Shown here: positions 51,774-64,000 of the stretch, in pieces
How positions within the stretch are numbered: position 1 is the first letter of the stretch
How the letters are laid out: each line of letters begins with the position of its first letter
Assembly: GCA_012295275.1 (NCBI GenBank)
Contig: CM022679.1
Coordinates: 26,722,001 to 26,786,000 of the forward strand
Reading direction: 5' to 3'
From: Chrysomallon squamiferum
Taxonomy: Eukaryota > Animalia > Mollusca
Length of the DNA stretch: 64,000 bases
Program-made: the position numbers and the translations under genes
Notes under the pieces: model-generated
What the model was told of the DNA's origin: nothing
Databases searched by the model: none
Seen by the model: the letters and a program-made list of their open reading frames with translations, nothing else

Positions 51774-54104
51774 AACTGAAAAAAAAAAAAAAGAAGAAGA
51801 AACAAACAACCTAACATGACACAGATAATATAAAGTTTAGTCATAGTGCTGGTTATGTCTTTGCTATGAATTTGGTTTATCTCTCGTTGCTTTTAAGTTG
51901 TGTTTTGTATGTGTTGTATAGCCCTACCTTTAATGCAGGTGAACGTTTACCTGTACATCCACTGTGTATATAGCCACAAGTGTTGGAAGATAATTTCTTT
52001 CTCAGTTTTGCCTCACACATCAATCAGTATAGTGTGAACAACACAACAAAAAAAACTGTGTGTGTGTAGCCAGGGCACAGGTCCAACATAAACTGGCAAA
52101 GGAAAACAAGGATCTTGTGATTTCAGTGTGTTTTCATTTTAACGTGTTGAGTGTCAGGGCGTGTGTGTGTGTGCGTGTGTTCGGTGTATACAGAAACATT
52201 AGTTACTCAGGACATTGTATTTTGTGTTTGGTTTTTTTTTTCCAGCAAGAATTCTTTTGTATTTTGATACCATTTGTTTAAAGGCTGACCTTCACTGACA
52301 TACATTTTCAACACATTTTTGAGAAATTAACACAAAAAAAAAAAAAAAAATTAATAATTATGTGGGATTTTTTTTCTCTTCTATTTTAGAATTTTTATCT
52401 TTTCCATCAAGTATATAATGATTTTTCTCTACAATTTTAAAATAGTTATTTTGTCCATCAAGTATCCATAATTATGTGCTGTGATTTTTTTTTTTCTCTA
52501 TAATCTTAGAATTTGTGTTTTTTTCCATGAAGAATAAATAATGATGAAATCAACTATTACAAAAGTGACCCGTAGAGCAGAATGATTTTTTTTTAAATAT
52601 TTTTAATGATTCATTTTTCTCATTCATGAATCATAATTCCAATTGTTAATGATACTCTCACTTCTGCATGGAAGCTTCATTCATCTTTCTATTGTACATG
52701 ATAATGTTGTAATTGTCATTATTAAAGTGACCTAATCCTGTAACTGCAACTTGTTGTTTATTTATTATGCATGGACATTTGCATTTCACTCACAATTATA
52801 TATGTGCATGAGTTTAGTCACTGCTGAAGAAACAAATTTACAAACTGAAATTTCATTTCTAAGGACTTGAAACCAGGTTCCAATTTTATATACAGATTAT
52901 ATATATATATATATTTGGAGGTTGGAAAAATGGAGCAAAAACAACAAACAACAAATAACAATATTAATTAAATATAAAGTGGCCAATAAATTTGAAATCC
53001 AATAAAAAAACAAATCTCATGACATTTAAAATCATAAAATTTTGGATTTGGCCATAATTTGTTCTACTTTTATTTTTTTATTATTTATTATTATTATTAT
53101 GATTATTTTAATTATTATTTTAGGTATTTATTTTTGCAAGTATGTGTCCAACCATAATTAATTGTAAAACATCCTCCAATTAGTTTAAAATAAAACTGGC
53201 ATGGTAACATTTTCCAGATGTCTAGATGTACATGCATCTAAACCTAACTAATGAATCTAATGAAACATACCAACCAGAAACAAGAAGAAGAAGAAGAATC
53301 TGCCTACCCACCATCAATTTTTTTCTAAATCAAAACATTGATTGTTAAATAGCGATAACTAGTAAGATCCTAACAAGATTCGTATTTAATTTATCTGTCA
53401 GTTACTGTGACAAAACTTCTTATATGATTCATAATGCAAAACTGACGGCAATGCATGTATACTGCCAAGAGAATAAATTGTATTTTACAGGTAGAATTGA
53501 AAACAGATATATTCCATCCTTAGCTAAAAGACAACATACTTCAAAAGGTATTTTATCAACAAAATATACTATCAAGTATTCTTGGAGCACACAGTAACAA
53601 TTTTTTTTTTTTTTTTTTTTTCAATTACACAATAGTCTTAGTTTTTAATTGGTTAGAACAAACAAACAAAAAAAAAATGTTGGGTAAAGCTTTATTTAAA
53701 TTATTCAGCAATTAATTCTTGTACAAGCAGTATTTATAAAGTTTAAATACCATTTAGTATAATAACTATGCAAAAACTATAGGTTGAAAACCATTAATGA
53801 TTATAATTTGTAATTACAATATCAAATATGCCCCTCATCTTAATTAAAGCACTACCAGTTACTGATTGTATGAAACGGTACATATTTTATATTTTTTTAA
53901 CTGGTAAAACAATATTTTCCTAGAAACTGAAAAACGTTAATATATATTTATATATATATTTTCAAACTTTATTTTTTTAATTTTGGAGAAAAATTTGATG
54001 TGATTATCCAAAAAGTGGTCAGTTATACAAAAGAGTGCTTTAATTGATAAAATATAATGTAAAAATCATTATTTTTGAAAACACCCCCCAAAACAAAACA
54101 GTTA

Positions 54105-54622
54105 TGGGTCATTCCATGTCAAAACCCCCAAAAATAATAAAATTTGAACCTGACCGTCTCAGATTTTTATGAAAGGTTGAGATGGTCACGCCATCAACCA
54201 TTTTTTAAAGACAAATATAAAATCTCAAAACTTTATTTCACTGTTATATGAAAAATACATGCCTAAATATTCAAGCACACCACAGTATTAAAAGGAATAA
54301 AATTCAAATTTGATGTAATAGTGAAGCAAAGTTATGGGATCCCATGTCAATCCACCCAAAAAAAAGTTTCAAAAAATTTAAAGACCGTCAGATTTTTATG
54401 AAAATGTTTGGGGGGTTTTTTGACATGGAATGACCCTTATGCATATTTTATAACTTTGCTTCATTATTACTATTATACTAGTATCAGTATTTGAATTTTA
54501 TTCCTTTTAATAATGTAACTGAAATGCTTGAATATTTAGGCATGTAGTTTTTCTGACATAACAGTGAAATAAAGTAATAATATGAGAAAATATATTTGTC
54601 TTTATATAAAATGGTTGATGGT
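54105..54622. mobile_element. Foldback/MITE-like element with two interleaved inverted-repeat pairs
   Basis: GGGTCATTCCATGTCAAAA (54106) is the reverse complement of TTTTGACATGGAATGACCC (about 54418-54437). The arm 54191-54334 is an imperfect reverse complement of about 54449-54621. GACCGTC(TC)AGATTTTTATGAAA is directly repeated near 54152 and 54383. Confidence 0.7.
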
Positions 54623-56824
54623 ATTTATTATATCTTATGTGTGTCCATAACCCACAATGAATGACTGAATAAAGTCACTGCTGGTGCGTTTTGACTTTAA
54701 CAATTTGTTGACATTCACACAACACAAAGGAGGAAATACGCAGAGAAAAAGGGATAAAATCAATTTTTTGAAAAGTAGTAGACTGGTTTCTTATTTCATT
54801 TTATCGGATTAATCGGTATGATGTTATCGTTAATATGATGCGTCCACTGTTAACTATTAAGATACAGATGTTTTATTGACATGGAAAAACTTATAGTGAG
54901 TCATAGTTGCTTTTGTTAACAAATATTTATAACTTTACAATTTTCTTAAATATCTTGCCACAACAGGCATACTCCAACTGTCTATTTTTATTACTTCCTG
55001 AATGATTTCAGTCTTAAAGGACTCAAAACTGAGACTGAGACAGACTCGGATTCAGATTGAGTCAATGAATGATCGTCGTGTGTCTAAGTCACTAACTCGA
55101 TAACAGACTACCGTAAATTTATATGGGACTTTAAAGATATATAAGTTAAAATGTATGCCTGTATCTGATAGTCAGCCAAATACAAATACGAGATGCTGAG
55201 AAAGACAAGGTCACAGTGCGTGACGTAGGTAATGAAGTACTAGCTTTGGGGTACGAAGATCAAGATGGGTGGTAATTACTGTTGCTGCTGAAGTCTGAGA
55301 AGTGCAGTGTTTTATTTTATTGCATGAATTACTAATTGTGTGGAATAACAGACCTGTTTAGTGCAGTTTTAGGCCATATTTTCATTGTGATGATAATGTT
55401 TATTATGAAGAAAGTTCATAGCAAGTTAAATTTTGATATACAAAACGTGTGATCAATATAAAGGCATACGGCAAATTAATACTAACTAATGCTATTAATG
55501 AGCTGGTAAATAAAAAAAAAAAATAACAGATTAATGATAATATTAGCAAAATGTTTGAATGAGTTTCATCTTTTTGTACTAGTTTAATTTCTATGTAATT
55601 TTTGGGATTATAAATAATTAACACATAAAAAGTAGAACTAATTAAGATAGAGCTTTCTTGTCAGTTGCTATCCATTTTGGAATCAACATAGAGCAAAGAC
55701 CAAGAAGAGAAATTAGAAACCCAGTTGTAAGAGGTTTTGTAAAGCCCATGAAAGTCACAAAAGCAATTATTCGATTGAGAAATACAGAAAACAGACCACT
55801 TTTGAATTAGGTGTGTTTTGAGTTAGTTTGATGCCAGTTCAAGTGATGGTGATCTCACAATAAGTTATTGATTGTTTCAGTTTATTCTCATTTTCATTTA
55901 CTATCATGTCTAAAACTAGTTAAAGACTAGCTGAAATGCAACTTGCTGATGAAACGTGTATTCTGTCTGTACAAGTATTTTTCAGAAATTTATGTCAGTA
56001 GAGATCAAACAGATGAGATTTAAAAGTATATTGACATGTATGTTAAATATCATTATTTATTTTTTTATGTAAAAATTTAGCCTGTATCTAGAAATCTGGA
56101 CCACCTCTGGTCCAAAGCTTGCTGAATAAATGATTCAGAACCAGTCCTTGAAGTGCAGAAGTCACTGTGTAAATATGTTTCATTTTAAACTTAGTGAAAA
56201 TATATTAGCAAGTCTTATTTTTAAATTCTTGTGCTTCCATCCAGTATTCCTATCATTGGGAAGTTAGATCACAACAAAAGCAGGAAATACAGTACTCTAA
56301 CAAGCAAGCTAATATAGGGGAAAATAAAATCTTATTAAAACCAAATAATTGGGGTTTTTTAAATTTTTATATAAATCATCATACAGACTGTTGTTAGGAT
56401 TAATGCAGTCTTAAAAACTATGTATAATTTATAACAGATACATTATTATGAGTATATCCATTTGTAATGCTTCCCAAATTTTAACACATAAAAATACAAT
56501 TTTTAAATTACATGCCTTCAAATATATTCCATTTCCTATCAGTGAAATTTGTAATGTTATGTGATTTTGATTTGTCACCACTATTCTTTAAGTTGTGAAA
56601 ATAAGATTAAAATTCCATTGTAGCTTTTGTCAGTTGATGTCAGTGTCCATTTTACTTTTGGAAGAAATTAAGTGTTGAACACAAGTTTTGATGATTATTT
56701 AATTTTGTTTCATTTATTCATTTCTTCATTTAGTTTTTGTTGTTGTTATTATTATTGCTTTTTAAATATTATTTTTTTATGGCTTGTAAAATTATTATTA
56801 TACTTTTTTTTTTTTTTTTTACAG

Positions 56825-56956
56825 AATGGTGAATCTGATGATATCTTTTCCGAATCTTTTGTATACTATTTACTTCTTGTTCCCAGCACTCTCATAGTTT
56901 TCATCATTTGTGTGTTCCTAAACTGGCTTGGTCTTAAATTTTTCCGACATAACTGA
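56825..56956 (+). CDS. PIGY: PIG-Y (GPI-GlcNAc transferase subunit Y, yeast Eri1 family), last coding exon; upstream coding exon(s) not firmly located
   Basis: Poly-T...acag| then NGESDDIFSESFVYYLLLVPSTLIVFIICVFLNWLGLKFFRHN-stop. This matches the PIG-Y C-terminal signature as I recall it for human (FYSLLLPITIPVYVFFHLWTWMGIKLFRHN). Confidence 0.85.
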   Translation, partial: NGESDDIFSESFVYYLLLVPSTLIVFIICVFLNWLGLKFFRHN

Positions 56957-57521
56957 GGTAAGTGCAGGGCTTGAAATAAACAGGGACAAGTAGCTATGGG
57001 ATGTTTCTGTTTGCATGAAAAATGCACTTGTATTAATTACTATATTTGTGTTCTTTTTTGACATTTACTAACAAAAATTAATAAGAAGCATTTCAGCTTT
57101 ATATGCTAAACCAGTAACAAATTACACAAAAATAAAATGATTTATTTATCTGTTCAGTTTTTTTAAAAATATGATGCACTATTAAAACTACATGAAATAT
57201 AATTTTTTCAACTTTTGTACTTTTGTATCATGTGGAGACAAGGCCATCACCAGCAGTAATCAATTGTATTTTATGAGAACAATTCTTTTAGGTTGGGCTC
57301 TTACCGATGAAAATCATGAATGCCTCTATGCTAGATTTGTCTAATCAAAAAAGATGTTCATTTGCAGTGCCAGCACATAGCAAAAATTTCACATTGAGCT
57401 GTATAATCACAACTTCCAATATTCTTTATATTTGTCTTGAACAGTTGATGTTGAAAATACTGAACAGTCAAACATAATGTTGGTACAATAATAGTTGTTT
57501 GAAAAATAATAACCTGATTGC

Positions 57522-57812
57522 AAACAATAGCTGATGTACATAGTTGAGGTTTAAACAATAGCTGATGTACACAGTTGAGGTTTAAACAATACCTGATGTA
57601 CATAGTTGAGGTTTAAACAATAGCTGATGTACATAGTTGAGGTTTAAACAATAGCTGATGTACACAGTTGAGGTTTAAACAATACCTGATGTACACAGTT
57701 GAGGTTTAAACAATAGCTGATGTACATAGTTGAGGTTTAAACAATAGCTGATGTACATAGTTGAGGTTTAAACAATAGCTGATGTACATAGTTGAGGTTT
57801 AAACAATAGCTG
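57522..57812. repeat. Young 31-bp minisatellite, about 9.4 copies
   Basis: Unit AAACAATA(G/C)CTGATGTACA(T/C)AGTTGAGGTTT; copies start at 57522, 57553 and so on to 57801, head-to-tail with no spacers. Confidence 0.95.
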
Positions 57813-58618
57813 GTGTTGTGAAGTTAGGATGTAAACAATAGTGTGCACTTTTAATTATTTGAGAACATTTGCTGATGTATAGAGTTATATTTCAAACTAT
57901 AATCAGTGTGTACACAGTTGGTGTATAATCATATAGTTCATGGAAATGACTTTCAATGTCTACAATTTTTCTGTATTTTCTTTCTGACATTGTTTTTGCT
58001 TTTCTGTACTAAGTAAGAGGCATTGTAACTGTACTAGTTGTCTAAATCAATTAATGTGAACTAACAATGATTTTTATTTATCATATTGTGCAGTTTAGCT
58101 TTTGAGATTAACACACTCAAAGCAAATACTAAGCTAAGAAAACTTTTTTTGTTTCTGCTTAAAATATGACTTATCACACCTGCACCTTTAATTGCCCTTA
58201 GTTTCATGATTATAGAGATCTTATTGCTCCTGATTTGTTACCTAATACCTTTCTGGAATGAGCTCTGAGGATTAGCTAAATTGTGTATTGCAGACGATTA
58301 TGATTTAACATCAAATGCTTTTTCTCCTAGCAGTCTAGGTAACATGTATATGTATTTGATGTTGGTTGTATCAAATGAGTTGGTGTTATCAAAATTTACA
58401 TGCATGTAAGTTTGAGCATACACACATATTTATAACAATTTCTCACATATTCTTACTGTTACATTTGAACAGTTAACAATGTGTGTTTTCTGTATCTGTA
58501 TTTGTTGGAACAACTGAAAATATCTTACATTTTTATTTATTTTTTTTTTTTTTTTTTTTTTATTTAAGGGAAACATTCATTGTTACAGTCTGCACTCATT
58601 TAACTGTTGCTGAGAACA

Positions 58619-61600
58619 ATGGCTTATGCAACTGGTATCAGTGGTAAGTATGTCTGTCTGTCTTTCTAATGAATGAACCATTATGACAAATGAAATAAAT
58701 ATGCTAGTTGATAAGTGTTTATTGCCATACAAAGTACAAAACATTATTTTGAGTTATTGATACATTTTACCATTACCTGAAATTGTTCTGATAACTCAAA
58801 ATATGAAGTACTCTTCATATATGATTTTCTTTTGAAAATAAAGAAATTCGACAATTGCTTTCTTCAATAGCAGATGAACTTAATTCTGATGAACAAGAAC
58901 AGTTAAAATTTCTTTCTCGAGATGTTCTCAAGGAAAAGGACAAAATCGAAACACCACTAAATTTTTTTGATATATTACTTAAAAGTAAAACAATATGTCC
59001 AGAAAATATGGCATCCCTTGTAGAGGCTCTGAATTTGATGCAGCGTAGAGATGCCATTGAAAAGATTCAGAACTTTTACAGTGGAAAGAATATAAAGAAC
59101 ATCCCAAGATCAGAATCGTATATTTCTCCATTTACTTCCCAACTTTATAAGTTGGGCTGCGACATGGATGAAAAAGATGTTGAAAATTTGGCTTTTCAAT
59201 ATAAAAAAGCAAATAAATACAAAAATCGATGGGAACTGCTGACTCTGTTATGCAAGGAATCTGTTTTGAACGACTTTGCAAGTATTGATACGGTGAGGAA
59301 ACTTCTGAAGCTTGCCCCGGATAAGAACAGTGAGAGACTTCTCTATCTGCAGGAATATTCCTCACCTGATCAGTCATCAGAAACTGGTAATTATTGCATG
59401 GAATAAGAAAAATTATTTTAAAAAGAAGAAAAAAAAAATGATGAAAATAACAGTTAACTGAAAGCAATTAGTATGTGTTATAGGAATTAGTTATTACAAA
59501 TCCAATATAGACTGTAAATAAGATTATCAAATGTGAATTTAACTTGATTTAACTTGATATGGTTACATATCTGTTATATAATTATCATACAGTGTGTTCA
59601 CAGTTAAATATTTCCAGTCAAAATAGCATCAACCTAGATGACAGTGGCACTTTTATATTAATTTTTCAGTTGTGAAAAACACTTGGGGAAATTATAGTTT
59701 GAAATTAAAAACTTTTTGGTTAAATGTCTCAATAATTTGAGATTCTGTGAAAGGTATTTTAGGTCAAAAAAAAAAAAAAAAAAAAAAATGCTAAAAAATT
59801 TAAACATTGTGATCAGTAAAACACAACTTGATAAATTGTGGATAAATATATTGATTTTTGATTCATAGTTATTAATAATGATATATTAAAAAATAATACT
59901 TAAAATTGTACAATGTGTAAATGTATAATTATTTTCACTTAAGACAAACAGTGGATGCAGTGAAAATGTAATCCAGATAATTGTAATTGTTGTAGGTCAA
60001 AATGTAATGGCATTCCCAGATGTGCCTGACTCATCATTGTTTCCTGATAATTCACTGTCCCAGTCTAGTGAAGAGCCAGTAGCTGGAGATAAAGATGGCC
60101 AACACTACAACATCACAGCCAAGAAGATGAGCATAGCAGAAGTGAATGAATATTTTAAGGAGGATAATAAATTGTGTTCTGGAGGAGGAGGAACAGTCTA
60201 TAAAGGTTCAGATTTTTAATGCACTTGGATTCATAGTTATGTAGCAAATCTATCCACTTGTCTAAGAAGTTGCAAATTATGTTTGATGAAGTTTGCCAAT
60301 TTTATTAATCTTTTTGGTTTTATCTACCATCGGTAAAATTTATATGTTGCCTACATTCTGTTCTTTCCATATGCTTTGTTACTAATCAAAAATTGTTCCA
60401 AGAAATATATATCGCAGTAACTTGGGAGTGTACAAAATGAATTTAATCCTTTTATTGGTAGATTCATATTTATTAAAACTTTTCATAACTTGAATATACA
60501 TGGTGCATAATTCAGATCTTTTGCTATTTATTATAGGATGTAAACAGTATAATGACTGTGATGTGGTTGTCAAGATTTTGCATAATGATCTTGATAAAAA
60601 AAAGATGCTGGATTCATTCAAAATGGTAAAGTTTACCACTTTTTTTTCTGTTTTCTTTCTCTTTTTATTATTTGTTTTAGTTGTTATCAGAAAACAAAAC
60701 AGTTACTTCCACTATAAATTAATGTTTTATATTTCTTGTTTTTAATTTTTTGTGTTCCATACACACATTCAAAGCACATACCAGTCTTTTGTGCTGCTAT
60801 TGAGAAGTTGGAATGCACATAGCTCTTGAGAGAACCATAGAAGATGGATCCTGTTACCCATTACAACTCAGCTTTGCATATCTCTCCATGTTCCATGACA
60901 GTATGACTAAATATTTGTGTTGCTGCAAGAGAAAACCAGACTAAACACAAAATTTACAAATTTATTATTTATTTTTCTGAATATAAAACTTTAGAAACAT
61001 ATCTCACAAAACATCCCCTCAAAATGTACATGAAAGTGTGAGGTGATCACCAACCACTTAATGCCACTGTTTTAGCCAAGGCTAATCATTACCCCTCTCA
61101 AATTTGAATGCTAATGTACTTTTCAGAAAATACAAATAAAATGCCTTAGGTACATTATATATATATATATAAAAAATAATAATAATAATTTTTTTTTTTT
61201 TAAATTACAATTCTATAAATTAGCACATTCTGACATTCTGTGGCCTGTTACTCAAAATAGCTGTTTCTGTCTTTGGCCTGATTTTCCTGTGCTGGGTCTC
61301 ATTTCAGAGTTTTGGTTTATCTAATAGTTAATTTCAAATATTAATTATGTCAAATCACAAAATTTGATCAGCTTGTATATGCTGTTGATACTTGGGTGTT
61401 ACGTCTGTACAACATTGTGTCAGTTCCTGCTATGATGATGATTTTGCTTGACTTTTATGTCTATATATTTTTTCAGCTGATGCTGTGATATCAATGTTTT
61501 TTGAGTGTTATGTCTACGTAACATTTTACCAGGCTCTTGATGTGCCTCAGCAAAATATTTGAATATGACAAATGTCTTTATATTTTTTTCAGGAGATGAT

Positions 61601-63108
61601 TTCGTCCAGAAAAAAGCATCCTTTTTTGCTGCCATTGTTAGCTTATTGTGAGGAGAATCAAGAGGAAAATGGGTAATAACAAAGAAAAAAACAGGAATGA
61701 AACTGACTGTGACATCAGGCCATATAATGAGAATTATTGACTTCTTTACCAGTCATTCCTTTATCATTGTACAACTAATCAAATAGAAAGAATTTTTTAT
61801 TTAAAACTTTTTTGTTTAATTTTATATAAAATCTAATTGTTAACTGTAAAAATAGAATATTTATGGCAGATGTCCAGATCAAACACCCATTGGCACTTAG
61901 TATGAAGAAATATATTGATAAAATAATAAATCTGACAGATTTTATGAATATAATCATCTGTCTTGTTATCATAAGAGACTGGAAATGAATACTGACTGCT
62001 GAATCTAGCAGTTACATTTACTGTGTTGACAAATAAAATAAATTTCAGTAGTTGTTAGTTTAATTAAATTTTTTATAAGCATCTACAGATAGGATTCCAG
62101 TCATGATCTTTATTCAAGCCAGGCCTTAATAGATGGAATCCATCCACTCCCAAAAATGTCACTTAGGTGCAGAGAAGAAAATGTTTATCTTTAATTTTAA
62201 AATATTTATTTTTAATTCTTAAAATGTTTTATTTTAGATATATGTAGAATAAAATGCAAACTAAAGCATTTTCAACTGTTTAAACAGCTAGAACACTTTC
62301 TAACAAGATGCTGTGGCATGATTATTCCTTTACATGTATTAATCATTTGATGGTAAAGAAACAGTTCTATTCTTTCAGGCAGTACATTTTAATGTATCCA
62401 TATATGATGAATGAAGATCTTGATACCCGTTTAAAACATGTGTGGGATAAAAAAGCTTTGTTATTGTTGGACGATTGTATTCGCATTGTGTACCAGGTGT
62501 CTGTTGGGTTAAAGTTCTTGCACCAAGATGATGGACATAACAGGTATGGAATTAACATGATCAGTACAAGGAAGAAAACAACTACAGTTAATTTATGCAT
62601 CTTCATTTTAGTTAAATAGCTTGCTTTAAGTGAATGTGTTGATAGATAGATACATTTGCACATGTACAATTGCAAGGCCATACATATCTTTATATATATA
62701 TATTGCAGGATAGATGATTTTAGAGTTTGTGTCTAAAACAGATGCTAGTTCTTAGTTTGATATGTATGTAATATGAAATATGGTTAAGTCAGAACACATC
62801 TTGTATATCACAAATAATTAATCTGTCCATTGCTTTAGCTGTGGAATTTTAACATGAATATTTCCATGACATTTGTTTTTCTGTCTCCCACAGAATAGAG
62901 ATCATACACAGAGATGTGAAAGCTTCAAATATTTTGCTTGATGACATGCTGAATGCTCGACTCAGTGATCCAGGAATAGCAAGAGAGCTTGGTGGTCAGA
63001 CACATGTGACAATCACAAGTCCGATGGGCACTCCAGGATATGTTGATCCTGATGTTTTAAATTCAGGAGAGTTTAGACCAATAAACGATGTGTTTGGTCT
63101 TGGAGTGG
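58619..63108 (+). CDS. Tandem death-effector-domain (DED) protein fused to an IRAK/Pelle-like kinase; 3' exons unresolved or beyond the window
   Basis: Phase-compatible exons: 58619-58643, 58844-59386, 59996-60205, 60537-60625, 61593-61672, 62379-62543, 62894-63108. DED-like IRQLLSSIADELNSDEQEQLKFL...LVEALNLMQRRD, a second DED-like FTSQLYKLGCDMDEKDVENLAF..., then KLCSGGGGTVYKG, VVVK, FKMEM...HPFLLPLLAYC, LMYPYM, IIHRDVKASNILLD, SDPGIAR, GTPGYVDPD and DVFGLGV. Confidence 0.88.
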
Positions 63109-64000
63109 GTGAGTGACCTGAAATATTATTCACCAACACACACATACACACATTCCATTACAACAGGCATGCCTTAACACAAATATATATGTATATAAAT
63201 ATACATATACACATAATACCTACATAAACACACACTGACACACACACACAAACACTCATACGCACATATACGCATTCACACACAGTTGAGAAAGCCTGTA
63301 TGCTGGAGTATTAACATTTTATTATGTGATGTTTAGATACAAACACACACCAATTTTTTGTACAAATACAAACAGATGCTATTCTATTCACATTACAATA
63401 TTAAGTACCAGTAGGAGACATATCATCTTTAATCACAATGTTTTCCACTTTATATAGATATAGATATATATATATTTTTTTAATTTTTTTTTTCTCCTAT
63501 CTGACATGTTATTTTAAATTTCTCTTCCTGCTTAATTTAAGCATTCCTCAAGTTTAAGTCTCCATTTTGTTTTCTCGTCAAACTCAGATTTAATATATTT
63601 TTATAACCATTTCACAGGTTATATTTTCATTACTGCTAAGTTTCTGTTTTCATGTTATTGCAGCCATATACTATTTGAAATCACTTATATCTATAAGAAA
63701 TGCCCTGACAAACTGCTGACATCTCTTGTGAGGTCTGCATCAGTGTTTTGTTTCTGCCAACACTGAACAACATGCAGCAGATTGATTTTTCAGTCAGAGG
63801 GTAACATTCTATTTCAGCCCCTTTTGTTGTCTGCAACGGTTCAAGTTTTTGCATGCACTTGTTATTTTTGTATTTTCTCACAATCAGTATTGAGTTCTTT
63901 GACTGTTCAGATTGTTGAAGTACATACCATGTAATGGTAGAACACTGTTTTCAGTTATTATGGCCATAATGAAATTGTTGTGACTCAATTGATTACAATT

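Noticed and set aside
51722-51792. AATAAA plus a long poly(A) run as evidence of a retrocopy
   Set aside because: UBALD keeps its introns, no target-site duplication is evident, and long A/T homopolymers are common in this window.
56672-56824. 94-aa ORF as single-exon PIG-Y
   Set aside because: It starts at GTG and runs through a poly-T tract ending in a canonical acag acceptor, so this part looks intronic.
57522-57812. 31-bp direct repeats as a CRISPR array
   Set aside because: Units are head-to-tail with no unique spacers, there are no cas genes, and the context is a eukaryotic intron. It is a minisatellite.
63618-63800. Next kinase exon (ILFEIT-like stretch)
   Set aside because: No acceptor gave a convincing phase-1 continuation of subdomain IX, so the gene end is left unresolved.

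Overview
AT-rich, microsatellite-dense eukaryotic DNA with spliceosomal GT-AG introns. Gene content suggests an invertebrate, probably a lophotrochozoan such as a mollusc (inference). I reconstructed seven protein-coding loci by hand from splice sites and exon phases. (1) The 3' part of an NMDA receptor GluN2/NR2-type subunit (+, 272-14394). (2,3) Two tandem paralogous Cys-rich, somatomedin-B-like, Methuselah/family-B-like 7TM receptors (+, 19186-23518 and 28347-32162). (4) An MGRN1/RNF157 RING E3 ligase (-, 35369-45270). (5) UBALD, head-to-head with it (+, 47765-51574). (6) A PIG-Y micro-ORF (+, 56825-56956). (7) A tandem-DED + IRAK/Pelle-type kinase (+, 58619 onward, 3' end unresolved). Main leads: two intact, diverged 126-nt exons that each encode the pre-M1/M1 helix of GluN2 (probably mutually exclusive); a PIG-Y stop codon followed 1 nt later by a perfect splice donor that appears to join it to the kinase (probable bicistronic mRNA); the unusual DED-DED-kinase with DFG changed to DPG; and GRIN2-MGRN1/RNF157-UBALD linkage shared with vertebrate paralogons. 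Most ORFs in the supplied track are microsatellite artefacts.
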